Shown here: piece by piece, positions 1 to 13,094 of the stretch
Numbering within the stretch: the first letter of the stretch is position 1
Layout: each line of letters begins with the position of its first letter
From: the human T2T-CHM13v2.0 reference genome, Homo sapiens
DNA length: 64,000 nucleotides
Assembly: GCF_009914755.1 (NCBI RefSeq)
Contig: NC_060933.1
Strand: one strand, 5' to 3'
Notes under the pieces: generated by a model
What the model saw: the letters and a program-made list of their open reading frames with translations, nothing else
Databases searched by the model: none
Told to the model about the DNA's origin: nothing
Position numbers and translations under genes: made by a program

Positions 1-1049
1 AAATTTCACACATGCAACAAAATTAAAAGTTAAGTACAACCCTGCCACAGAGGCCGGGAGAGGCGACTGGCCCTTTGTTGGTCTGTGAGAAATCAAACTT
101 CCAACATGACAAGCAGGAAGCCTACGGTTAAGGGAGTCAGCGTGTCACAAATACAAGCACCTGGGGTCTTCCAAGAGCATCATACCTCCTCCAGCCCCTG
201 GAGCCACCTGCTTTCCTAACTGGCTGTGGGAAATGGCCTGAGGTCCCAGATGCTGCCACTGTGCTGCTGCCTTCCACTCTCTCCAAGCAGAGCGCAAGTT
301 CAGCCACCTTTGAAAGACACCCACCCCCTGGCCTGGGGATGCACAAGTTCAGAGCTTTGCAGGGAGTAACCATGGGTTATGGCTTCATGAAAATGTCCTA
401 CTCACCAGTGCCTTTTTCGCAGATGTGGATGTGGAGGCATGAGGGAGGGTAATTATTGGATTACCAAGGTGCTGCTAAGAGCAGAGGAGGAAACCCCTAT
501 TCCCAGTCATATGTCTGGTGTGACATTTCACTAACCCATTTAAGTGCACAGGCCTCCAAATATCTACCTAATGAGTATGATGGTTTGGGCATTTTACACT
601 TAAAATCACTGGCCTCATGTCAACTGAAGCCTGACTGGCCAGTGTCTCAAAGTCACAGATGATGACCTGATCCCTCAGGAACAGATGGTGTTTCAGCTTT
701 GTGGGAGTGACTGTCAAGGTATGGAGCACTTAGGTGGTCTTTGAAACCTGTCAGGTTTCACATCTCTGCTTTGAGTGAAAAGCTCATCACCCACAGTAGT
801 GAGGAATGTGCCTATACTTGCTGGGGCTGATCTGTTGAAACTTTATGTGTAGACAATGGAAACATCCAGGAGCATTTCTGCTTTCATGTAGCCTCTTAAT
901 AATTGATGTCCCTGAAGTCCTGTGTCCTCAGGGACAGTTCCTCTGATTCCTGGATTGTACCAGCTTTCATGATGTTAAATCTAATCTGTAAAACTCTGAG
1001 CATTAATCTCCATGAAAATAAGACCTTGTTCTTTCTCATTTAAATGCCC

Positions 1050-1660
1050 CTTTTTTTTCTTGTCTAATATTCTGAGTAGGATTTCCAGTACTGTGTTGAA
1101 AGAAGTAGTGAGAGTGGGCATCCTTATCTTATAATAAATCTCAGAAAAAAGATTCCAACATTTCACCACTGACTATAGTGTTAGCTAATGGCTTATCTTA
1201 TAGCTAATAAGGAATGTGTCTCTTTATTCTGAGGTATATTCTTTATATACCTAATTTGTTATAAATTGTATTAGAGATGGATTTTAAATTTTGTCAAAAT
1301 AATTTTAGGCATGCATAAAAATAGTTATGATTTTTAATCTTTTGTGTAAATAAGGAGTATGGCATTTATTGATTCCAACATATTAAAATATTCTTGCATC
1401 CCAGGAATAAATCAAGCTTGATCATAATAAATGATCCTTTTATAGTGCTTTTGAATTTCATTTGCAACTACTTTGTGGATGATTTTGCATCTGTGTTCAT
1501 CAGGAATATTGGCTGTAATTTTTTTTTTTCTTGTAATGTCCATCTCTGGCTTAGGTATCAAGGTAATGCTGGCTTCATAAAATGAGTTTGGGAGTATTCC
1601 TCCTTAATTTTTTCAAAGATTTGGTTCTGTTTAAATGTTTGGTGAAATTCAGGAGTAATC
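1050..1660 (-). mobile_element. Old L1M ORF2 fragment
   Basis: Typical antisense L1 ORF2 sequence (ttccagtactgtgttgaa...gtgggcatcct, ggtatcaaggtaatgctggcttcataaaatgagtttggg); boundaries approximate. Confidence 0.8.
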
Positions 1661-1840
1661 AGATCTAAAAAAACGTAAGAACACTAAAAATAAATGATAA
1701 AAATATTTTAAAGTTTTAAGTGTTTATCACTTTCAAATAATTTTTAAGTATTCATTACTTAGAAAATGTTTATCTATAAACATTAGAAAATGTTTATAAT
1801 TTGTTAATTTGCTTATGTAATTTGATACACTACAATTTAT

Positions 1841-2152
1841 TTGTTTGTTTGTTTTTTGAAACAGAGTCTCACTCTGACACCCAGGCTGGAGTGCAGTGGC
1901 ACAATCTCGGCTCACTGCAACCTCCACCTCATGAGTTCAAGGAATTCCCTGCCTCGGCCTCCTGAGTAGCTGGGATTACAGGTGCACACAACCATGCCTA
2001 GCTAATTTTTTTTTTGTTTTTTTTTTGTTTTTTTCGTTGAGATGGGGTTTCACCGTCTTGGCCAGGCTGGTCTTGAACTCCTGACCTCGTGATCCACCCA
2101 CCTCGGACTCCCAAAGTGCTGGGATTACAGGCGTGAGCCACCTCGCCAGGCC
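1841..2152 (-). mobile_element. AluS element with 15-bp TSD
   Basis: Full reverse-complement Alu; TSD tacac/gtacaatttat at 1826-1840 and 2153-2167. Confidence 0.95.
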
Positions 2153-2496
2153 TACAGTACAATTTATATCAGTAAATAAATTACATTGAAGTCCATAAGC
2201 AAATTTAGTTATAAAGTTAAGAAAAATTTGAATAGATTTTAAATTTAACTTTTAGCTTAAATTTTTCATTTGGTTATTTTTAAACCTGCATTGAATACAA
2301 AGATTAAACTTTGTACTTTTTGATTATAGAGATATACATATAGTATATAAATAGATACATATTGTATCTGTGTTATTAAATTTTCACGGTGGGTTCAATT
2401 AGGAAAAAGATATCTAAAAAGTCTCTGGGAACAAGATGGGGAAGACAATAATGAAAAACAAAACATTTGAGAAACACGGCTCTAAACTCATGTAAA

Positions 2497-2580
2497 GAGT
2501 GCATGAAGGAAAGCAAAAACAGAAATGGAAAGTGGCCCAGAAGCATTAAGAAAGTGGAAATCAGTATGTTCCCTATTTAA
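2497..2580 (+). promoter_or_regulatory. IFNA1 virus-responsive element (IRF3/IRF7 modules) and TATA-like box
   Basis: GAGTGCATGAAGGAAAGCAAAAACAGAAATGGAAAGTGGCCCAGAA (2497-2542), GAAAGTGGAAA (2550-2560), TATTTAA (2574-2580); TSS expected near 2606-2608 (AGAACCTAG). Confidence 0.92.
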
Positions 2581-2674
2581 GGCATTTGCAGGAAGCAAGG
2601 CCTTCAGAGAACCTAGAGCCCAAGGTTCAGAGTCACCCATCTCAGCAAGCCCAGAAGTATCTGCAATATCTACG

Positions 2675-3244
2675 ATGGCCTCGCCCTTTGCTTTACTGAT
2701 GGTCCTGGTGGTGCTCAGCTGCAAGTCAAGCTGCTCTCTGGGCTGTGATCTCCCTGAGACCCACAGCCTGGATAACAGGAGGACCTTGATGCTCCTGGCA
2801 CAAATGAGCAGAATCTCTCCTTCCTCCTGTCTGATGGACAGACATGACTTTGGATTTCCCCAGGAGGAGTTTGATGGCAACCAGTTCCAGAAGGCTCCAG
2901 CCATCTCTGTCCTCCATGAGCTGATCCAGCAGATCTTCAACCTCTTTACCACAAAAGATTCATCTGCTGCTTGGGATGAGGACCTCCTAGACAAATTCTG
3001 CACCGAACTCTACCAGCAGCTGAATGACTTGGAAGCCTGTGTGATGCAGGAGGAGAGGGTGGGAGAAACTCCCCTGATGAATGCGGACTCCATCTTGGCT
3101 GTGAAGAAATACTTCCGAAGAATCACTCTCTATCTGACAGAGAAGAAATACAGCCCTTGTGCCTGGGAGGTTGTCAGAGCAGAAATCATGAGATCCCTCT
3201 CTTTATCAACAAACTTGCAAGAAAGATTAAGGAGGAAGGAATAA
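2675..3244 (+). CDS. IFNA1: Interferon alpha-1 precursor, 189 aa, intronless
   Basis: ATG at 2675 gives [23 protein letters not shown] signal peptide then mature [15 protein letters not shown]...[37 protein letters not shown]; 570 nt. Single Met and Val10 favour IFNA1 over IFNA13, as does the position next to the omega pseudogene and IFNE. Confidence 0.97.
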   Translation: MASPFALLMVLVVLSCKSSCSLGCDLPETHSLDNRRTLMLLAQMSRISPSSCLMDRHDFGFPQEEFDGNQFQKAPAISVLHELIQQIFNLFTTKDSSAAWDEDLLDKFCTELYQQLNDLEACVMQEERVGETPLMNADSILAVKKYFRRITLYLTEKKYSPCAWEVVRAEIMRSLSLSTNLQERLRRKE

Positions 3245-3360
3245 CATCTGGTCCAACATGAAAACAATTCTTATTGACTCATACACCAGGTCACGCTTTC
3301 ATGAATTCTGTCATTTCAAAGACTCTCACCCCTGCTATAACTATGACCATGCTGATAAAC

Positions 3361-3462
3361 TGATTTATCTATTTAAATATTTATTTAACTATTCATAAGA
3401 TTTAAATTATTTTTGTTCATATAACGTCATGTGCACCTTTACACTGTGGTTAGTGTAATAAA
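3361..3462 (+). terminator. IFNA1 3'UTR AU-rich elements and poly(A) signal
   Basis: Clustered ATTTA motifs 3363-3404; AATAAA at 3457-3462. Confidence 0.85.
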
Positions 3463-4154
3463 ACATGTTCCTTATATTTACTCAATCCATTATTTTGTGT
3501 TGTTCATTAAACTTTTACTATAGGAACTTCCTGTATGTGTTCATTCTTTAATATGAAATTCCTAGCCTGACTGTGCAACCTGATTAGAGAATAAAGGGTA
3601 TATTTTATTTGCTTATCATTATTATATGTAAGATGTAAGTAAAAATGACCTTTCTCTAAACCAGGTTGTATGTTGTACTCAAGATATAAAGCTGAATACA
3701 ATAAATCTACTTCCTACTCTCTTGCATATTTGGTTTTTGTATGGAATAAAACTAAAGATGGTAATCATACTTAATATCAGTTATCCTAAATACTATGAGA
3801 AGAAGGAGCAACTAATGATTTCTCTCAGCAGCGGGTAAACTGAGACAGGTGAGGAAATAAAAATAAACAGATATCCTCAAAAGTTGACTGGTAAACATCT
3901 AGTAGAAAATGTCTATTGCCAGTTGGATATATGAGTTTGCAACTTACAAGGAATGCAGTTGCTGGGGGTTCATACATGGCAAGCAAAATCCCAGAAATGG
4001 AAGTGCTCATGTGTGGAGAGAGTGTAGACAGAGAAAAGGACTTAAGCAGGATTTTGAGGACCTTCCACCTTTAAAGTGAGGGAAGAGAAGAGACACAGAG
4101 GAACCAGAGGTGGTGTCCCTTATATTAGACTAACAACAAGAGAGATTGGTGATT

Positions 4155-4518
4155 AATATGGTTTGGATCTGTGTCCCTGCCCAAATCTCATGTGGAATTG
4201 CAATCCCCAGTGTTGGAGGTAGGGCCTGGTGCGGGGTGACTGGGTCATGGCTATTTCTCATGGTTTAACACCATCCCCTTTGGTGCTGTCATGGTGATAG
4301 TGAGCCCTCCTGAGATCTAGTTGTTTAAAAGTGTGTGGCACCTACCCCTACCCTTCCTCTTGCTCTCGCTTTACCTTCCTCTCTGAAGCCTCCCCAGAAG
4401 CAGATGCTGCCATGCTTCCTGTATAGCCTGCAGAATTGTGAGGCAATTAAACCTCTTTTCTTATAATTTACCCAGTCTCAGCTATTTCTTTGTAGCACTG
4501 CAACAATGGACTGATACT
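4155..4518 (+). mobile_element. MaLR solo LTR (MST type)
   Basis: atatggtttggatctgtgtccctgcccaaatctcatg...caattaaacctcttttc...ggactgatac. Confidence 0.88.
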
Positions 4519-5408
4519 GTGATAAAAGTGTATTTAAGAAGATAAATGTGCGGGGAAGATGAATCAGTAGATTTTCCCAAGATACGGATTAAAACTGCCC
4601 AGTAATTGGGAAATAGATAGCCTTGGCAATCTTAGTGAGAGAGCTGGTTTGGTGGAATTAATAAGTAGAAGTCATACTGCAGTAGGATCCAAGTAAGAGA
4701 AGTTAGTGACTCTGAAGTGAAGATGGAAATAGAATGGAATTTGAAAAGAATGTGGATTATTGTTTTTGTACACAGTTTTTTTTTCTTTTTTGCAGTATAT
4801 TTTTTCCGGATAGATTTCATGTAACTGATGTACTGGCAACCATATTGATATGTTTAGTATATTTATGTTAAATTAAAATATTTAATTACAATGATAATTT
4901 TTCATTTTTTAAATAAATACTACTTTGAATATCAGTAAGCTGCCTTAATTCTGTAGGTGGGAATAGAAAACTAATTCAATCCGTCATCACAATATTTAAT
5001 TAATACTGATAATATAATGATTCCTGGACCTACTGGCTTTATTAATTAAGTTACTTAACTTGCGTAATTGTAACACTGGTTTACTATAATTTTACTTCAG
5101 CTTTTAACACATTTTATTTTCTGGTAGAGCTCATATATTACTTCTTGGCAATTTTTCCTGATGTTATGAATATTACAATCTTATGCCAATCCAAAAATAA
5201 CTAAATTACCATCAACATAAAGACTGAAAACTTCCTTCACAAATTAATAATGAAAAGGGAATCAACGAATCTCTGTCTCAATACTTAAGATAAAGAAAAA
5301 GTTGGTCATAACCAGCTGAAAATACAGTATGAACCATGGAAATTCAGAGAGCAAGAAAGAGTTGTGTAGAATTCACAAGGAAAAAAAAAGATTTAACAAT
5401 TATAACTG

Positions 5409-5690
5409 GGCCGGGTGCAGTGGCTCATGCCTGTAATCCCAGAACTTTGGGAGGCCGAGGCAGGAGGATCACGAGGTCAGGAGATCGAGACCATCCTGGC
5501 TAACACAGTGAAACCCCGTCTCTACTAAAAAATACAAAAAATTAGCCAGGCGTGGTGGCAGGCACCTGTAGTCCCAGCTACTGGGGAGGCTGAGACAAGA
5601 GAATGGCATGAATCCAGGAGGCGGAGCTTGCAGTGAGCCAAGATCATGCTACTGCACTCCAGCCTGGGCGACAGAGCAAGCAAGCCGTCT

Positions 5691-5733
<43 letters not shown>

Positions 5734-5736
5734 AAA
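5409..5736 (+). mobile_element. AluY with about 41-nt pure A tail and 14-bp TSD
   Basis: AluY diagnostics (gagatcgagaccatcctggctaacac, gcggagcttgcagtgag); TSD aacaattataactg at 5395-5408 and 5737-5750. Confidence 0.95.
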
Positions 5737-5978
5737 AACAATTATAACTGAAACTCAGAATACAAAACTGACAAAATCACCCATAATTTACATTATATTA
5801 CAAAGAATTTGACATTGAAATTTCATTCTGCTTACATGTATGTGTGGTGTTAAGAAACTCAATCTCTTTGAGCCTGAGTTTTCTCATAAATAAAATGGAT
5901 TCAGAAAATTTATATAGTTGTGATCATAAAGGAACACATGCAGTTTAAAGCACCTACCACAGTATCTTCCACCATGTT

Positions 5979-6135
5979 GCCTGGTCAACATGATGAAACC
6001 CTGTCTCTACTAAAAATACAAAGATTAGCTGGGCATGGTGGTGGGCGCCTGTAATCCCAGCTACTCAGGAGGCTTAAGGCTGGAAAATTGCTTGTACCCA
6101 GGAGGTGGAGATTGCAGTAAGCTGAGATCACACCT
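5979..6135 (+). mobile_element. Internal Alu fragment
   Basis: gcctggtcaacatgatgaaaccctgtctctactaaaaatacaa...gctgagatcacacc; both ends missing. Confidence 0.85.
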
Positions 6136-7537
6136 CACTCAAGGAGTTAAACGATGTTAAGTATTTTCCTCCTTTTCTTCATACAGCTGTAGATGGGAAT
6201 AGTATTTGTCTTTCTGTAAAATTTTTAGGATCTGTGGTGTCATACCTTTCAGGAATTGACCTTCAAAGGAAGCAGCCTAAAAAAAAAAACCCACAGATTC
6301 TGTCATGAACTGTAGAGAGGCTGAAAAATTGTCATTCCTCACTTCAGAGTGTCCTATTTATATTCAGTCAGGAAATGGTGGCTTGTATAAATACCTGAGA
6401 CAAGAGAATAATCATGCAGATTGATGCGCAGAAGACATGTGATGTTTCTTGACTGATTATGGCACCTGGCACATTCTCTCTCTGGCTTTACTCCCTTCAC
6501 CTTCCTGCCCATTCACACAGAGCTGTTTTCTGTTCTGTTGTGGTTTCAGCTTGATGGCTTCCCTAAAGATCAGAATGCCACAAGTGCTAAGCAGAAGTGA
6601 AATAAAATTTCTAGGTTTTGCAGAACTACCTGCAAGAGAGGATTTCCTGAATTTCCGCTGAGTATGATGTAATAGTAACTTAATGAAAAGGAAAGAGAAA
6701 GCAGAATGTAGTTTATGTGCAGTCTCCTGAAAACCTCTCAGGGAATCACAACCTGGTAACCAAAGGTGACAAGGGCAGCCACCAAGACTGGAGGGCTGAT
6801 TTCTGATCTATGCAGAAACCCATCACTTCTGGGCATTTCTCTTTATGCTGCAAAAATTATACTTCTTGGCAAGAAAAGATGCTAATGCTGTCATAAGCCT
6901 GTTCCTTACCCTTGGTCTAATACAAAGAGAATCAGTTTCTGGCTACCATCAGGGCATGCATTTTTTGGAACTGACAGTTATAAGGATATAGAGAGAGATG
7001 TATTCCTTGCCTATAGACCACTGTGCATACCAGCCTCTAGGATCACCCTCTCCACATACCACGTATGGGACTCCAGGGAACAGGCAGACCGACCAATCTT
7101 GACTGGAACTTAATAGTATCCAGAACAAGTTCGTGTTTAATAGTGCATTAAACAGCTATTAATAGTACAATTTTAGTTTCACAGATCATTCCTATTATTA
7201 GACTTCAAACATTAACAAATAAAATAATATTCTCATTGTCACTTTGAATTATGATCTTGACAGTTCTTCCACTTAATAGTAAAAACTCTGCCTTGGTATC
7301 AAAAGAGAGAAGTCTCATAAGAGCTAATGAGTGTGAAAGAATAGTATTGTTACCAGAGAGCTAGTGAGGTTTATTCATTCAAAGTGTATCAATTCTGGTA
7401 TGATTTGAGGTGTATTTTTGTAATCAGCAATATATTTTCATTGAGATGTTCCAACAGGATGTCTGTGTGAATTCTTGAGTTAGCAGCAAGGAAGAGCCTG
7501 AAATTGCAGAGGAGTCTCTTCATGTATCCCTCAGGCC

Positions 7538-7637
7538 ACACATTGTGATATATATATATATATGTACATATATACACACATATGTATATCACACATTATG
7601 ATATATATATGTACATATATACACACATATGTATATT
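7538..7637. repeat. TA/CA-rich low-complexity tandem repeat, two copies of about 50 bp
   Basis: cacatt(g/a)tg(at)n gtacatatatacacacatatgtatat occurs twice. Confidence 0.85.
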
Positions 7638-7704
7638 TACAGTTATTTTCTTATTTTATAAATATATGATTATTATTTCCTTTATATATATACATTAAAA
7701 AAGG

Positions 7705-8143
<439 letters not shown>

Positions 8144-8298
8144 TCAGGAAACAGTATCTTACAGAAAAATCTGGAAGAGTTTATTTTCTTAAACCTAAGT
8201 GAAATAGACATAGACATACTATTCATTTGCTGATTCCAATACCCAGCACAGTTCTCTCCTTCTTCCCCAGCTTTTCTGGATCTCATTCTTCACTCCTA

Positions 8299-10310
8299 TT
8301 GAAGCTCGGAAAATAATACGCCAAAGTGAAGATCTAAGAAGCAGCCTCAGAAGCAAAGTTTCTCTCTGGCCTTCTCCTGCCCTCCTGTTTGTCACCCCTC
8401 ATCTCCCGAGGCTAGCCATAAAAAGTAGAAACTCTCTTTCCCAAGGCTGGTAATAGAAACCAGAGCCCTTTCTCTCCAAAGCCAGCCATAAAAACCTATA
8501 AACATTACTTGAACTTTCCCTTACCTTTGTGTGTAAGAACTGAACTGGCCATAAAGAAATTCTCTGACCTGCCTTGTTTGATTGTAGATACTAAGACCCC
8601 CATTCCAAAAAGAGCTCTGCCACATACCCAAGAGGAAGGAATGGTGCATGGAGAGGCCAAGAAGTATCTGACCAGAAAGGCCTTGCTGGGTTTCCCCTAC
8701 TCAGAATATTAGCATTAGATGATGCCCTTTTTGTCTAATCACATTTCTGCACAGCTGCCCATTCCTCATGGAATGTAAGCATAAAAATGGATAGTTTTTT
8801 CCTGTACTTTGGGTCTTCATTTTGAAGGCTTCCATAGTTATATAAAACGATGATTAAATAAACGTGCTATGCTTCTCGCTTGTTAACCTGCCTTATTATA
8901 GCCGTGTCAGCTGTGACCCTTTTGATAGGAAGGAAAGAGATCACACTATTTCTGCCCTTATAGTTCTGATGATGAAGATGGGATGTCTGAAGCACCTGAC
9001 TCACCTATTGATGAGGTCCTGGGACAACTGATAAAGAGCTGGCAAATAAAGGTAAGAATTTTTACCAAGGTGAGTTCTGAATCTCTGCCTGTAGTTTCTG
9101 GTCAAGAACTAAAGGTAAAAATTTATCTTTATATCTTACTTTCCAAATGCAGGTCAGCAGGAGATCATTTGTTTGAACTGTTCTCTTATGTAAATTTGGA
9201 TTTCAGGGACTCATTTGTTATTGATCCTTTCCCTTCAACGAACAGCTGTCATTTTCCTGTTTTGTGTCCTGAGAACCCAACTTGGCTTGCTGCCTGTCAG
9301 GACACACCTTGGTGTGTGAAGGGGGCTAAACAAATGTTGGAGGCTCCCATTAAAAGCTTACATATTGCCTATTGCCAGCTCTCAAGGCATCTAAATCTTT
9401 CTTTCTTTTGGCTATTTGTGGGGGTAGCTCTGAATTTTGAGAGGGCTGCATCTTTACATTTCTTTAATGATGTCTCATGTATCCTTGGTTAAGTCACAAA
9501 AGACTTGGTTTTGGTTCTGAGTCGCTTGGTAGGTATCGTTGTTTTAAAAGAAGAGAAAAAAAAGAAAGTTTCAAACATTAGAAATATTGGTTGTTTTTTC
9601 TTGCTGAAATCTGATAAGGGATTTAAAAGTATTTTTTTAAAAGAGCTCTGTGGTCAAATAATAGCTTAATTTAAAGCTGATATCCAGGCTACCATTTTTT
9701 TAAGAGTCTTTCTGATTTTCTCCTTAGGTTCTTGTTTATCCCATGGGAATTTTTTTCAGTAAACTTAAACTTTTTTTATTATAAACTTGATTCCTCTGTT
9801 TGCTTCCTTTCTTGTAGGCAGGATTTTTACCGGTTTAAAAAAAAAAAAAAAAAAAGAAAAGAGTAAAACTTCATTGGCCTTTTTGGGAAGCTTAAGACCT
9901 CCCCAGTCTGGCTCCTCTAAGACTTTTTCTTCCATTTACTTCTGTCCCTCCTTCCTTCTGCCACCTTCAATCTTCCATCTAGGTCTCTCTTATCATCGAC
10001 AAGCCCCTGCCTCTGCATTTAGTGGTCAGTGGTTGGAAAATTACTAAGCAGAAACATCAGAGTTCTGGCTACCACATAAAGGGATGTAGAGAAGACTTCT
10101 AGAAAGCCTGGGATTCCTTGAAGAATGAAAAAAAAAAAAGGTGCCACAGACCCCCCCACTACATGGAGTCCTCTGTCTTCCTCAGGAACCCCAAGAGTCA
10201 TGGGTGGGTCCTTCTTGCATCTGGAGCTCTGCTCTCCCTTGCCTTGAGTTCCCTGATCTCTTTGGCTTTTGGGGTATCAAGGGTAACTTCACACTGTGAG
10301 AGAGCCACCT
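8299..10310 (+). mobile_element. ERV1 (MER31-like) LTR followed by PBS and internal leader
   Basis: LTR about 8299-8961 ending gtcagctgtgaccctt...cacactatttctgcccttata, then PBS-like tgatgatgaagatgggat and a MER4-group leader with donors at 9052 and 9070; subfamily assigned from memory. Confidence 0.7.
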
Positions 10311-12384
10311 ACCTGCCAAGACCAGAGACAGTGGGCAAGTCTGTTCTCTGTATAAGTCTGTCGCCTTCCACCAGCTTTTTCTTCAGAGCTAAAAGGAGGA
10401 AATTTCCTGGAAAGAACTGACCCAAACACTGGAATGAGCCCATTTCTTTAAATTTCATGTCTTAGAGAGGGGATATACTCCCAGCTTCAGCAGGACATGT
10501 CCTCTTTGGACAATGGGCAGCTCTGAGGAGAGAAAGGGGCAGGAGGTGTCCCTTGCCTCCAGCCTATGCAGCCTCCCAGGACCTCCTGACTCGTCCCTCA
10601 CTCTACTTACTGCAGGTCACATGGAAGTGAGAGCCACCCCATCTGACTGTGGCACTTCAAGGGAAATCAGGAAAACTGTCCTGATTGAAGGTACATTAAC
10701 TCTTTAGCGTAAGTTGTCAGTTTTACTAATTTACTCCTCCTATCAGATCATGCCCCTCGACTTTATAATTGAGAAAATTCTTACTTTCCCTTTGAATAAG
10801 GAATGAGCTTGCATCAGTTCCATCTGGATTCAATAGTTTTAGAAAGCACTAACATAAAGTAACTTCAGAGAATATAGTGACTGCCACAGGTGTCAACAGG
10901 GTAGAATTGAGAGGCATCTTGGCAATATTGCAATTAAAGAAGTAATCATGGTCAGTTGCTCAGGCAGCCAGGCAGGCATTCAATTTAGCAGGGATCTCTC
11001 AACTCTGACTCAGGTTAGAAACCCAACCATTAGATTGTTTCTCTTCTATTCGTGGGTTAGAGGGCCCTAATTTACATGTTAAACCATTTTTCCTTTCCTC
11101 CTCCACCAATTGTAGGGAACCAGTTTAGCGTCAGGACAACATCAACATTTTTTAATTCACTTGGTTCTGTCTTTTGTGATTGCCTAATTAGCCTTTCAAA
11201 TATTAGAACCCCTTCCATTCTTGGGTAACTGCTTACATTTTAATGTAATTTTTTCCTTACATTTATATTATACTTTTTACCATATTTATATGTAAAAGTT
11301 CTGATTTGGCTTCATATTGTCACCCTCCCCTGAAAAATCTCTATAGCCATATCTCATTTCATATCTCACAGTTTTCAACTTGTTATATATAATCTACAGT
11401 ATTGGGGAACCCAGTAGCAGGTTTGGAGGCACCTAGGCAGGGGGAGTGGTGGGGGCACTGAGTGCTGGGCCGCTGGCCCTGCCCTCGTCCCACTGAGGAG
11501 ACAGGTTTTACTGCTCCCAGGCCCACCTCCACCCAGGAACATCTAGTCCACCTGAGAAAAGGTGTGGGGAGGCAGGGATCAGTGCCTGGTGCCCAGAGAG
11601 ACATGGCGAGGTATCACCATGCAGCACCCTCTGGAGATAGTCCTGTTTTTCAAGCCTCAGAAGCAGGAGTGTGCGTGTGGCCTTACTTCCACCCTTCCTG
11701 CCGGGTGAGTCATGAGCTGTAGGGGTGTAGACCCACTGATGTCCAGTCTGGCATCAAAATGCAGTAAATGAAGGGAGTCCTGCCTATACCTCTATGTCCA
11801 TTGAGCTGATAAAGAATGCAGGAGCTCATCTGTGACTCTGTTTAGAAGCTTCCACGTTCTGACTCCTTCAGGAAGAGACTGCACCAGGCACAGGACTCTC
11901 ATTTGTTCAAACAATGAAAGCACACATCATGCACTGGAATAAGCTGGAAAAGCCAGCAGCAGCCTGAGAACGTGGAAGGAGGACAGAGATGTTTAAAGCA
12001 TAGACATCAGTGTCAGGTACTCAGGAGATGGAATAATACCAACGAGCACCATTAAGTCAACTGTTCAGATCATTCTTATCAGAAGGAGAGAAGATGAAGT
12101 GGATTCTGAGAACACAGAGTTCTGTTGAGCTGTGGCCAACATCAGTGTCCGTGGCATCGGTAACACTGACACCACAGCAGCCTGCAGAATATTGGGAAGG
12201 ATGGGGGTTAGTCCGTTCCCAGATGCAAACTTTTGATTTCTCCCTAGAACCCAGCAAGTCATCACAGTGCAGGGAAAATTATTCATGGGGACAATGCAGT
12301 ACAAGGGATCTCTTAAATTCTGCTCACGATGCAGCCTCCTTTAAAGACCAACAATACGAAGACAATTCTTGAACAGAAGGGTCA

Positions 12385-12950
12385 CAGGAAGACCTCCCAA
12401 TAATGACATTTCATTCTATGTCATTTCCTTGTAACACTGATGAGAGAAGAAACTGAGTGCCCACCAGGGCCTTGTCTGTGTGGAGTTCTCCCCATGCCTG
12501 CATGAGTTTTCTCCAGGTACTTCAGTTTCCTCCTGCATCCCAAATATGTGCATGTTAAGTTAATTGGTTTGTCTAAATTTCTCCAGTCTCAGTGAGTGAG
12601 TGTGTGTGTGTGTTTGAATGTGCCCTGTGATTAAATAGCTTCCTGTCCAGTGGGGTTTTCCACCTTACACCCTGATCTGTGAGGATAGGTTCCTGCCACC
12701 CTTGACCCTGAAACGGAATAAGTGGATTGGAAAATGAATAAATGAATGAAGGAGTACAAATGATTGCAAAACAAAAATTCATAAAGCATATGACACTTAT
12801 ATAGATGCACAACAATGCATGAAAGTGCTCAGTGCGCCCACCATATTTGTTTCTGTTTGTTTTGGAACTGCTTGGTTGTAAGAGGTGTTCCTTACAATTT
12901 TCACTTTGTAAACATTTATTTTTTGATAAAACCTTCTATTACTATGACTG
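12385..12950 (+). mobile_element. MER6 DNA transposon fragment (TcMar-Tigger)
   Basis: gtctgtgtggagttctccccatg...catcccaaatatgtgcatgttaag...gtgagtgtgtgtg...ggaaaatgaataaatgaatg follows the MER6 consensus. Confidence 0.8.
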
Positions 12951-13094
12951 GAAAATATCATCTATTGTAATGCCAACCATAGACAGCCAAAGACAACCAT
13001 ACTAAGCAATGTGGCTGAGTCTGTAGTTAAAGCCAGATCTTCCTTGGCAAGCAGCCCTTTAAAAGCATTCATTTTGTGTTGCAATTGTAGCAGT

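Noticed and set aside
2525-2674. 50-aa N-terminal extension of IFNA1 in the ORF track
   Set aside because: The ATG is part of the GAAATG promoter module, upstream of the TATA box and TSS, so it is not in the normal mRNA.
2488-3003. 171-aa antisense ORF over IFNA1
   Set aside because: Non-ATG start, no recognisable domain; typical shadow of a coding frame.
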